Shown: positions 8,148 to 16,377 of the stretch, piece by piece
Position numbering within the stretch: the first letter of the stretch is position 1
How the letters are laid out: every line of letters begins with the position of its first letter
Virus record (IMG/VR): IMGVR_UViG_3300025653_000030
Coordinates: 1-64,000 of that record
Source of the DNA: a virus
Taxonomy: Duplodnaviria > Caudoviricetes
Length of the DNA stretch: 64,000 bases
Direction: 5' to 3' (one strand)
Made by a program: the position numbers and the translations under genes
The notes under the pieces: generated by a model
Told to the model about the DNA's origin: nothing
The model's input: only the letters and a program-made list of their open reading frames with translations
Database searches by the model: none

Positions 8148-8567
8148 ATGAAGAATTGGGATGACTTTCTAAATAACAATGAAGATGATGAGTTCTCTAA
8201 TGATGATGAGAGAGACCTATTTGGTACTCACCGTCTACAACAAGAACTCGAAAAGACCATGTTCTTACAAGATGTACAGAACGGTCATCCACTCGTCTTA
8301 GACCCTTCAGAGTATATAACTCTCTTTGGCCCTATACAAGAAGAAGATATGGAGTTCCTTACTCAATCCTTTTTCACCAACTACCATCGTTTAGGTATGA
8401 CTGTAGATGAATTATTTGATAGATGGGGTGGTGATTGGATATTCGAGGTACTTAAACACTGCGAGAAAAGAGAAGAATATGAACTTTGTTCTATTGTATG
8501 GGATATGTATTCGGACTGGAAGAAGGGAATAAAAGACCTTGAACACCTAATTAGAGTGGCTGAATAA
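8148..8567 (+). CDS. Hypothetical acidic protein
   Basis: 139-aa ORF; the C-terminal EKREEYELC motif resembles that in 15985-16335 (SKEQYERC). Confidence 0.65.
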   Translation: MKNWDDFLNNNEDDEFSNDDERDLFGTHRLQQELEKTMFLQDVQNGHPLVLDPSEYITLFGPIQEEDMEFLTQSFFTNYHRLGMTVDELFDRWGGDWIFEVLKHCEKREEYELCSIVWDMYSDWKKGIKDLEHLIRVAE

Positions 8568-8927
8568 GGTTTCATAGCGCGAGAGACAAAGCATTCTGTA
8601 ATACTATCAAGAAAAAAGAAGAGGAAAAACTTTTCGACTGAAGAAACTTACCTAAAAAAACGACTTTGAAAAAAATCTTAAAAAGACCGACACAAAAAAA
8701 TTTTTGGAAAATCGACACTTCCTTAGTGCTTATACTATTAAGTTATAGGTTATTATCTTTTATTTAAGTTGTCTTGTTTTAAGTGTCTGGAGCGTCTGGA
8801 GTATATATAACTATACGAATTTTGAAAAAACAAAAAAGAAAGTTATTAACAATCTGATAAAAGAGATTTCAACCTCGTTCTCCCCAATCGGGCTTTGAAT
8901 CCCCACGAAAAAAATAATTACGAAAAT

Positions 8928-8960
8928 GCTTGTATAATTAAAATATTTTTCGTATATTTA
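8928..8960 (+). promoter_or_regulatory. Early-type promoter
   Basis: GCTTG-N20-TATATTTA. Confidence 0.75.
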
Positions 8961-8982
8961 TAAAACTATATACACAAAAGAA

Positions 8983-9360
8983 ATGGAAGTATCAAATAAT
9001 ATCAAGTGGATGTATGTTCTTATGGCATCCTTATTGTTTATCCTCGCTCAAGGTGGTGCGTGGTTACAACACAATTTACAATTTAAATATCCAAAGTTAG
9101 GGCCCGAATGGTGGGGGTGGTATGTTGCCGCTTTACCAATCACTTGGTTGTTCCTTAAATCAACTCAACTTGGTGTTGAGGGATTCGGTAACTCATTATG
9201 GGCGAATCGATTTTTAGGATTCTCGGTTGGTATAATTATATATGCAATATTAACCCAATATTTTTTTAATCAACCAATGACTGCGAAAGTTTGGGTACAA
9301 GTTGGATTGTGTGTTGCAATTATGTGTATTCAAGTATTTTGGAAACAACCTATAAACTAA
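8983..9360 (+). CDS. Four-TM membrane protein (small DMT/EamA-like topology)
   Basis: Four hydrophobic helices in 125 aa. Confidence 0.6.
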   Translation: MEVSNNIKWMYVLMASLLFILAQGGAWLQHNLQFKYPKLGPEWWGWYVAALPITWLFLKSTQLGVEGFGNSLWANRFLGFSVGIIIYAILTQYFFNQPMTAKVWVQVGLCVAIMCIQVFWKQPIN

Positions 9361-9364
9361 TAAT

Positions 9365-9553
9365 ATGAGAAAGTTAACTTATAAAATAATCGAAGAAACA
9401 AAAACCTACCACTTGGAGTTTATTACCAATAGAACTCCACAATGGACAGAACAACAATATCTACGGCATAGAGGAAATGCTAAAATGGAATTAATAAGTG
9501 ATGAAGAAACAGAAGAACAAGAAGGTGTATCAAGAGAAGTTGAGTTGGGATGA
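9365..9553 (+). CDS. Hypothetical protein
   Basis: 62-aa ORF. Confidence 0.55.
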   Translation: MRKLTYKIIEETKTYHLEFITNRTPQWTEQQYLRHRGNAKMELISDEETEEQEGVSREVELG

Positions 9554-9554
9554 T

Positions 9555-9680
9555 ATGACTTACGGTGAGGCCTCACATCACATTGGTAAGAAAACTACCG
9601 AGAAAACTCACAAATCTAAAAAAGATTATAATAGAAAACCAAAACACAAGAATCGATTTATTGATTTAGATGGAGATTAA
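9555..9680 (+). CDS. Small basic hypothetical protein
   Basis: In-frame ATG just after the previous stop; ends SKKDYNRKPKHK. Confidence 0.5.
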   Translation: MTYGEASHHIGKKTTEKTHKSKKDYNRKPKHKNRFIDLDGD

Positions 9681-10650
9681 AAAAATACCAAGTTTTTATA
9701 CACAAGGAGAAGGGATATTAATTCCTAACGAATTATATGATGGTGATGGTAAACTTATTATATCAAATGTAGATATAAAACAAAACACATTATTGGGTGG
9801 AATCTCACACGAGGTTATTCAACTTATAAAAGAATCAGGTAAGGATATTGTTTATACAACAAATATAGGAGAATATCACAACCCAATAAATCAAACCACA
9901 AAAGAATTGGTTAGTATATTCGGAGATAAGATTACAATCAAATCAGGCTTAATAGATTTCAAATCAAATGAAATAAACCACGAACCTATTTTGTTTTGGA
10001 TTGGTAAATCTAAATTAGATGATGGAGTTGATTTAAATAAAGAAAGAAAGTTTACTCATACTTGGTTAATCAAATTAAGAGGCCCGAGACCTCATCGTTT
10101 AAAGATGTTTGATTTGTTAAAAGAAAATGGAGTTATTCAATACTCTTTATATAGTTACCGAAGTAGTGAACCAAACATTGATGGATATAAATCATTAGAA
10201 CAATATCCAATAATCGATAACAACGAACAGCAACAAATGATAGTTAAGGATTATTTCCTTAAATCATTTTGTAGTATTATATTAGAATCAATTACTGATA
10301 ATGTTTTTATAACAGAAAAGTTAGATAAGTGTTTACTTGCAAAACAACCTTTTATTATATTCGGTGGTTCTAATTATTTAAATCATTTAAAAGAACTTGG
10401 ATTTAAAACATTTGATAAGTGGTGGGATGAAACATATGATATAGAAACATCTGAAGAAAAACGAATGAATCAGATTGTAGATTTAGTAACAGAATTAAGT
10501 CAACTAACTCTTTCTCAATGTGAAAGAATATATAAAGAAATGTATGATGTGTTAGAGCACAATTATAATCTAAGAAACAAGATTAAAAATAACTACCAAC
10601 ATGAGGGATGTTATTCTGATGTATCTTATATTAAAAATAATTTGAAATGA
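9670..10650 (+). CDS. Putative glycosyltransferase (GT10/fucosyltransferase-like C-terminus)
   Basis: SIILES..FITEKLDKCLLAKQPFIIFG..LKELGFKTF motif. Confidence 0.55.
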   Translation: MEIKKIPSFYTQGEGILIPNELYDGDGKLIISNVDIKQNTLLGGISHEVIQLIKESGKDIVYTTNIGEYHNPINQTTKELVSIFGDKITIKSGLIDFKSNEINHEPILFWIGKSKLDDGVDLNKERKFTHTWLIKLRGPRPHRLKMFDLLKENGVIQYSLYSYRSSEPNIDGYKSLEQYPIIDNNEQQQMIVKDYFLKSFCSIILESITDNVFITEKLDKCLLAKQPFIIFGGSNYLNHLKELGFKTFDKWWDETYDIETSEEKRMNQIVDLVTELSQLTLSQCERIYKEMYDVLEHNYNLRNKIKNNYQHEGCYSDVSYIKNNLK

Positions 10651-11393
10651 AAAACATAATAGTTAGTGGATGTTCGTATTCTCAGAATTGTGGTCATATA
10701 CCATATCCTGAATTACTTAAAAAAAGAACTACCTCATCGGTTACCAACCTTGCATGGCCAGGTCAAGGTAATGATTCTATTATAAGAATCATAAACGAAC
10801 AAATAGAACAAGGTGCTAAAGATACTTTGTTTATTTGTCAATTATCTTATTTACATAGGATAAGTTTATTTTGTAATGCAAATCAAAAGTGGACTGATTT
10901 TCAACCAAACTTTATAAATCAAAAACCACAAGTAAGAGATGGAAATGTTGTGTTTGATTTTAACAAAGATATAAAACATAACAAAGGAGGTATTGGTACA
11001 TTTAAATCTACAAAAGAAAAACAAGTAGGATTTACAGAAGAAGAATATCGTGAATTAATGATTTGGTATGAAACATATCTTAAAATAATATATGATGAAA
11101 ATCATAGGTTTGAATCTTTAATGAAAGATATAGATTCATTAAACTATTCGGTTGATAATAGTGGTAATAAAATTATATACCTTTATTGGCCACATGAAAT
11201 AGTTGATATAGATGAACTAAAGAAAAGAAACTTTTTTAATATAGATGGAGAATACTCTATGTTAAAATGGAGTATAGATAATGAGATGATATCAAATGAT
11301 TCACATCTTAATGATAAAGGACATGCAACACTTACAGAATTATTAATAGATAAACTGAATATTGAAACAAAAGAAAATTTAACAATTTTATAG
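10647..11393 (+). CDS. SGNH/GDSL hydrolase-like protein
   Basis: IIVSGCSYS block I, NLAWPGQGN block II, DSHLNDKGH block V. Confidence 0.7.
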   Translation: MKNIIVSGCSYSQNCGHIPYPELLKKRTTSSVTNLAWPGQGNDSIIRIINEQIEQGAKDTLFICQLSYLHRISLFCNANQKWTDFQPNFINQKPQVRDGNVVFDFNKDIKHNKGGIGTFKSTKEKQVGFTEEEYRELMIWYETYLKIIYDENHRFESLMKDIDSLNYSVDNSGNKIIYLYWPHEIVDIDELKKRNFFNIDGEYSMLKWSIDNEMISNDSHLNDKGHATLTELLIDKLNIETKENLTIL

Positions 11394-11410
11394 AATATAT
11401 ACTTATATAC

Positions 11411-11647
11411 ATGGATACAATTATTACATTTATTTTCGGAATCGTAACGGCACTTATTCTCATAGGAGTAATATTTGCAGTTAGACAGTTGAACGCTTTA
11501 AATCAAAAGATAGAAGATTTACAAGATGATATTGAAGAACAAGAAAATGCATTAGAACAACTTGAACAAGATATCACAAGAGAAGTTCAACAGCTGTATG
11601 ATACAGCAATAGAACAGATTAACCAGAGATTTAACAACCAAGGTTAA
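11411..11647 (+). CDS. TM plus coiled-coil hypothetical protein
   Basis: N-terminal TM helix and heptad-rich tail. Confidence 0.6.
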   Translation: MDTIITFIFGIVTALILIGVIFAVRQLNALNQKIEDLQDDIEEQENALEQLEQDITREVQQLYDTAIEQINQRFNNQG

Positions 11648-11653
11648 ACTACC

Positions 11654-11726
11654 GCTCCGGTCGTCTATCGGTTTAGGACACCACCCTTTCACGGTGGAGA
11701 GCGGGGTTCGATTCCCCGTCGGAGTA
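11654..11726 (+). tRNA. trnE: tRNA-Glu(TTC)
   Basis: GCTCCGG/TCGGAGT acceptor, CCACC-CTTTCAC-GGTGG anticodon arm, GGTTCGATTCC. Confidence 0.93.
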
Positions 11727-11772
11727 CAACTATCGTTCATTGAAATATTAACTAAAATTAAAATTAAAAATT

Positions 11773-12135
11773 ATGGAAACACTTTATATTGTAATAGGTG
11801 CATTCTCATCCATCTTTATATTCCTATTGGGGTATGCGGTGAGTGGTGTATTTAATGGAAAAAAGCGATTAGATTATTTAGAATCCTATATAGAGGATAC
11901 TGAAAGACAGATTAACAATCTTGATAGAGATATAAATCTGAGAGTAGATAAAGATATCGAAGATACACATCAAACATTTAGAGATGTAGAAATCGATTTA
12001 AGAAGTCAGTTAGATTCGAGACTGGATAAACTTACGAATCAAATAATTAAAAAGATTCCACCTACCAACGAAGAGTTGATAGAAAGAATCGAGAAAATAG
12101 AAGAAGAATCTTACAGACTTCGAATGAATATGTAA
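11773..12135 (+). CDS. TM plus coiled-coil hypothetical protein
   Basis: Same architecture as 11411-11647. Confidence 0.6.
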   Translation: METLYIVIGAFSSIFIFLLGYAVSGVFNGKKRLDYLESYIEDTERQINNLDRDINLRVDKDIEDTHQTFRDVEIDLRSQLDSRLDKLTNQIIKKIPPTNEELIERIEKIEEESYRLRMNM

Positions 12136-12158
12136 GATTTTATTTGAACGATAGTTAA

Positions 12159-12232
12159 GGGGAATTAGCTCAGCTGGCTAGAGCGCTTCGCTTGCACCGA
12201 AGAGGTCATCGGTTCGACTCCGATATTCTCCA
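12159..12232 (+). tRNA. trnA: tRNA-Ala(TGC)
   Basis: GGGGAAT/ATTCTCC with G3-U70, CTTCG-CTTGCAC-CGAAG. Confidence 0.95.
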
Positions 12233-12251
12233 CTAATTTTAAAACACAATT

Positions 12252-12713
12252 ATGAGTAAATTAAAAGAGAAGTTTGGTAAGTACTTTGAATTCAAAAATA
12301 CCATTGATGGAATGACATATTTTCTGAGAGGATTAGCAACTATATTATTTGCTATTCCAATTGGAATATTCATGGGAATAGGAATTGTAACAATGGCAGC
12401 AAATGTACTTGTTGGTAGTTTACTTGTTTTATTAGGATGTTTGTTTATTATACCAATGATTTGGTTTTCACTAGCAACATCCTATAAAAGAATAAATGCA
12501 TTCTTTCCAAAACAGGCAACTCTTCTAACTATATTGACATTTCTTTGGTCTGGTATAGGAGAAGTTTTTAATCCTAATAGTGGAGTACAACCAGGTGATA
12601 CTTTCGTAAACCCAGCAAGTAGTCCAATCTATATAGTAATAATCCTTGTAGGTTTGATTTGGAGTTTCTATTTACTATTTGGTAATTCCAAAGTTAAGAA
12701 ACATATTGGATAA
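12252..12713 (+). CDS. DUF805-like membrane protein
   Basis: [11 protein letters not shown] start, [11 protein letters not shown] motif, 3-4 TM helices. Confidence 0.6.
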   Translation: MSKLKEKFGKYFEFKNTIDGMTYFLRGLATILFAIPIGIFMGIGIVTMAANVLVGSLLVLLGCLFIIPMIWFSLATSYKRINAFFPKQATLLTILTFLWSGIGEVFNPNSGVQPGDTFVNPASSPIYIVIILVGLIWSFYLLFGNSKVKKHIG

Positions 12714-12723
12714 ACTAAAGGTA

Positions 12724-12809
<86 letters not shown>

Positions 12810-12821
12810 AAAAAATAACAA

Positions 12822-13025
12822 ATGAGATTTCCTTCATATAAAAGACCGATACGATATATTAACAATACACCATATCTTGTTCATGCAATTATACCGATTG
12901 AAAGATGTAAGAATGTTAACATGATTAAGGAATGGTTGGGAGTTGATACGGCTTTTAAAGTACAAAGAGAAGGAAGTTATTGGTTTTGTGAAACAATCGA
13001 AGATGTAAATTGGGAACAGATATAA
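12822..13025 (+). CDS. Hypothetical protein
   Basis: 67-aa ORF. Confidence 0.55.
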   Translation: MRFPSYKRPIRYINNTPYLVHAIIPIERCKNVNMIKEWLGVDTAFKVQREGSYWFCETIEDVNWEQI

Positions 13026-13034
13026 TTATATAAT

Positions 13035-13490
13035 ATGAGGTGGGTAGAATACTTTAGAAAATTGGCACATACAGTTAAACTTAAATCCAAAGATGAGAGT
13101 ACACAAATAGGTGCAATTATTGTTGGTAAAGATAAAGAAATAGTATCTACTGGTTACAACTCATTTCCAAGAGGATTAAAAGATTACGAAAAAGAAAGAC
13201 AGGAAAGACCAGAAAAGTATTTTTGGTTTGAACATGCAGAAAGAAATGCTATTTATAATGCTGCAAGAATAGGAGTATCAACTAAAGGTTGTACTATGTA
13301 TCTATCTTGTGGAATCCCTTGTTCAGATTGTACAAGAGGAATTATAAATTCAGGTATCACACGAATCTTTTGTGAAAGAGGTGATGTTACCAAAGGCCCA
13401 CATTGGGAAGAAAACTATGAAAGAAGTTGGGCCATGTTGGAAGAGGCTGGAGTTAATGTACAATTTTATGATGATGAATTCTATGGATAA
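13035..13490 (+). CDS. dCMP deaminase
   Basis: HAERNAI and PCSDC zinc motifs; TQIGAIIV..STGYNSFPRG. Confidence 0.92.
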   Translation: MRWVEYFRKLAHTVKLKSKDESTQIGAIIVGKDKEIVSTGYNSFPRGLKDYEKERQERPEKYFWFEHAERNAIYNAARIGVSTKGCTMYLSCGIPCSDCTRGIINSGITRIFCERGDVTKGPHWEENYERSWAMLEEAGVNVQFYDDEFYG

Positions 13491-13614
13491 TAAAGAAAAC
13501 AAACAGACAAAGGAAATACTCGATGAAATAGTAAAGTTGAAGCTTCAACATCCACTATCAGAAGAGGGTAAGTTACGAATACAAAAACTACAACAGAAGT
13601 TAAACAAGTCATGA
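13483..13614 (+). CDS. Small hypothetical protein (43 aa)
   Basis: Internal ATG of the 13372 ORF, overlapping the previous stop. Confidence 0.45.
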   Translation: MDNKENKQTKEILDEIVKLKLQHPLSEEGKLRIQKLQQKLNKS

Positions 13615-13784
13615 CAGAAGAAAAGATGATTGAGGAAATTCTATACTCTTCTCATTCAGTAGGAAAGATGAGAGAGGTGATGGATAGAGCACATGATATT
13701 ATGGGGTCTGAAGAATTTAAAGAAAGAAGAGTAGATGCTTACACTCAAGCGTATAGAGAGTTAGTTTCTTCGGAAGGATATTAG
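13611..13784 (+). CDS. Small hypothetical protein (57 aa)
   Basis: ATGA overlap with the previous ORF; fills the gap before the radical SAM gene. Confidence 0.5.
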   Translation: MTEEKMIEEILYSSHSVGKMREVMDRAHDIMGSEEFKERRVDAYTQAYRELVSSEGY

Positions 13785-13787
13785 TGG

Positions 13788-14579
13788 GTGAATGATTATA
13801 CACCAAAAACAAATTCAGCAGAATGGCATATTACTTATAAGTGTGATTTAAATTGTACTAATTGTAATAGGTTCTGTTTTTTACCACCCACCACTAAAGA
13901 TATGACTTTAGATGATGCAAGATTGTTTGTATCACAATGTAAAGAATTAAACTGGTCACCAAAGATTATTTTAATGGGTGGTGAACCAACACTACATAAA
14001 AATATATTCGAGTTTGTTGAAATAGCAAAAGAGATAACAGATGATATTGAAATATACTCAAACTGTTTTAGACCACAATCAAAACCCATATTAAGAAAAC
14101 TAAAAAAACTTGGAGTTAAATCACCAGAGTGGGCATATAAACCAAATGGAGATGTACCATTGCAGAATCAAAACCAAATGTTGGCTCCAATAGATTTTGG
14201 AGTAAAGAATCATGGCCCATGTGATTGGCACTCATCAAGATACTATAAAGATATAGGATGGAACTGTGGTATATCAGTTGATTCAGAAGGATATAGTGTT
14301 TGTATAGTTGGGGGAGCTGTTGATGGTTTACTTGATTTAAATTTAAGAACAAAAGATTTAAAAAAGATATTTGATAAAAAGTTTGCTGAATATCAAACAC
14401 ATGAATTATGTAATAATTGTGGAGCTTGTTTTGATGTAAATGAACACGATAAGAATCACTCTATACCAGATGAAGTAAATCAATTCATTGATAAAGTAAG
14501 TTCTGTAAGAGGAGCATTAGTATCACCAAAATATAAACAAGCTATTGAAGATAAGTTTGGAGTGAGTTTTTTAGATTAA
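13788..14579 (+). CDS. Radical SAM protein with C-terminal Cys cluster (SPASM/twitch-like)
   Basis: CDLNCTNC (CX3CX2C), GGEPTLH, C-terminal C..C..CNNCGAC; GTG start. Confidence 0.9.
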   Translation: MNDYTPKTNSAEWHITYKCDLNCTNCNRFCFLPPTTKDMTLDDARLFVSQCKELNWSPKIILMGGEPTLHKNIFEFVEIAKEITDDIEIYSNCFRPQSKPILRKLKKLGVKSPEWAYKPNGDVPLQNQNQMLAPIDFGVKNHGPCDWHSSRYYKDIGWNCGISVDSEGYSVCIVGGAVDGLLDLNLRTKDLKKIFDKKFAEYQTHELCNNCGACFDVNEHDKNHSIPDEVNQFIDKVSSVRGALVSPKYKQAIEDKFGVSFLD

Positions 14580-14594
14580 TATATTTATTAGTAT

Positions 14595-15995
14595 ATGGCA
14601 CTAAATAAATTTGGAAAAGATTCGGGCATCTTCGGATGGAGAAGGAAAAGAGAAAGTAGATTAAGGAGTAGACCTATTCAAGGAATTACACCTCCACCTC
14701 CCCCTGCCAATATTACACCCCCACCCCCACCACCAAGTAGTAAGAACGATGGTGGTAAAAAGGCAGGTGGTAGTGTAAGTAAACAAGTAAATAGACCAAC
14801 TCAAGCAAAGACAATTCCTGTTTCACCAATTCAATCAACATCAGCGATAAAATCAAATTCATCCTTACCTTATGTACAAAATCCATATCCAGCAGACATA
14901 GGATTAGACCCAAGTGCGTATTATACAGCCGATGGTAAGGATATAAAATTTACAGGCAAATATCCTGATAACTTTTTAACATTTACTGAAGTGCCAGTTG
15001 GTGATATAACCGCTGTATCTGGTATCAACATTAACTTTATTGTAAAGTTTAGTGATGGAACTTTTTATACATCACCACAATTTAAAGGTATATTAGAAGC
15101 TGAACAAAGGTCAAGAAATCCATATAAAAACAGAAACACAGTTCCTACTATCAATATAGATTCTAATTTCTTAACCTCATATGCTGGAAAAAATAAATTC
15201 AAAACACCTGAAGATTATGCAGAAGTTTCTGTAACAAAAACAATATCATCAAAACAAGATATATTAACACACATCAATTGGTTAGTAGGTCCTGGTGAAA
15301 CACTAAGAGAGGCAAAAGAGATTGGAAGTTGGAGTGTTGAAAAAACTGAACAACTTGGGATGGACCACCAACCTGCATTAGATGCATTGGAAGGACAAGA
15401 AAGAATACAATCAGCTGAAGAACCAAATGTAGAAGTAGATGTAACAACGGCTTCAGACCCAGTCCCAACTACACCAATAGAAACTGATAACAATGAAGGT
15501 AATGATACAGCAACAACACCAACGGGAGATTCAACACCCCCACCTCCACCAAAACCTACACCAGACCCATTACCTCCACCACCTCCACCGCCACCGATAG
15601 TACCTCCGTTTAATGTGAGTGTACCTCCAATGACAGGTGGAAAGAAAATTATATGTGGTGAATTGTATAGACAAGGATATCTATCGGAAACAATATGGAA
15701 AGCTGACCAATTGTTTGGAAAGAAAGTATTTAAAACACATCCTCGTATAATGTTAGGATATACTTTTTGGGCAAGAAATGTGGTAAAGTATATGAAGAAT
15801 AATCCACATAGAACTGAGAGATTATATAGATTTTTTAAACCATGGACAGAACATATGGCATACCGAATGGGTGTTGTAGAAAAAGATAACTTGTTGGGTA
15901 ATATTACTCATAAAGTTGGTTATGTTATTTCTTTAGTTGTTTACAACTATCACCAAATTAAATGGGGAAGGTTTAAATTTTCGTATGGTAAATAA
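14595..15995 (+). CDS. Pro-rich late protein with a C-terminal GGKKIIC-led module
   Basis: Poly-Pro linkers; ATATTTAT motif at 14581; C-terminal IICGELYRQG..GYTFWA..V..M domain. Confidence 0.7.
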   Translation: MALNKFGKDSGIFGWRRKRESRLRSRPIQGITPPPPPANITPPPPPPSSKNDGGKKAGGSVSKQVNRPTQAKTIPVSPIQSTSAIKSNSSLPYVQNPYPADIGLDPSAYYTADGKDIKFTGKYPDNFLTFTEVPVGDITAVSGININFIVKFSDGTFYTSPQFKGILEAEQRSRNPYKNRNTVPTINIDSNFLTSYAGKNKFKTPEDYAEVSVTKTISSKQDILTHINWLVGPGETLREAKEIGSWSVEKTEQLGMDHQPALDALEGQERIQSAEEPNVEVDVTTASDPVPTTPIETDNNEGNDTATTPTGDSTPPPPPKPTPDPLPPPPPPPPIVPPFNVSVPPMTGGKKIICGELYRQGYLSETIWKADQLFGKKVFKTHPRIMLGYTFWARNVVKYMKNNPHRTERLYRFFKPWTEHMAYRMGVVEKDNLLGNITHKVGYVISLVVYNYHQIKWGRFKFSYGK

Positions 15996-16335
15996 ATATT
16001 ATAACATAGTTAGTTGGAAAAAGTATCTAATTCCACATACAGATAGAATAAAAAACTTCTTAGATTCGAGAGGAGTAGATGTGTTTACACAAATATCTGA
16101 TATGATAAATAAAGCAAGTATTACAAAACAAAAAGAAGTTGTTCTTGTTGTACATCCACACTTATCAAGTGCTATATCTATAAAAGAAAAAGATTATCTT
16201 GAAGTACTTAATTTGTGTATAGATTTTCTTGCATCAAAAGAACAATATGAAAGATGTAGTAAAATAAAAAAATATAAACAAAATCTAAAAAAGAACAAGA
16301 GTAAAGAATCAAAAACAACCAAAAGTTTAATTTGA
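15985..16335 (+). CDS. Hypothetical protein
   Basis: ATG at 15985 preferred; C-terminal EQYERC motif. Confidence 0.6.
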   Translation: MVNKYYNIVSWKKYLIPHTDRIKNFLDSRGVDVFTQISDMINKASITKQKEVVLVVHPHLSSAISIKEKDYLEVLNLCIDFLASKEQYERCSKIKKYKQNLKKNKSKESKTTKSLI

Positions 16336-16338
16336 ACA

Positions 16339-16346
16339 TATTTATA
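16339..16346 (+). promoter_or_regulatory. Late-type motif TATTTATA
   Basis: 32 nt upstream of the ATG at 16378. Confidence 0.6.
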
Positions 16347-16377
16347 GAAGTATAGATAAAAAGGATATATCCCACAT

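Noticed and set aside
14680-15610. Tandem DNA repeats or VNTR in C-rich stretches
   Set aside because: They are explained by poly-Pro codons (CCN) with varied third positions.
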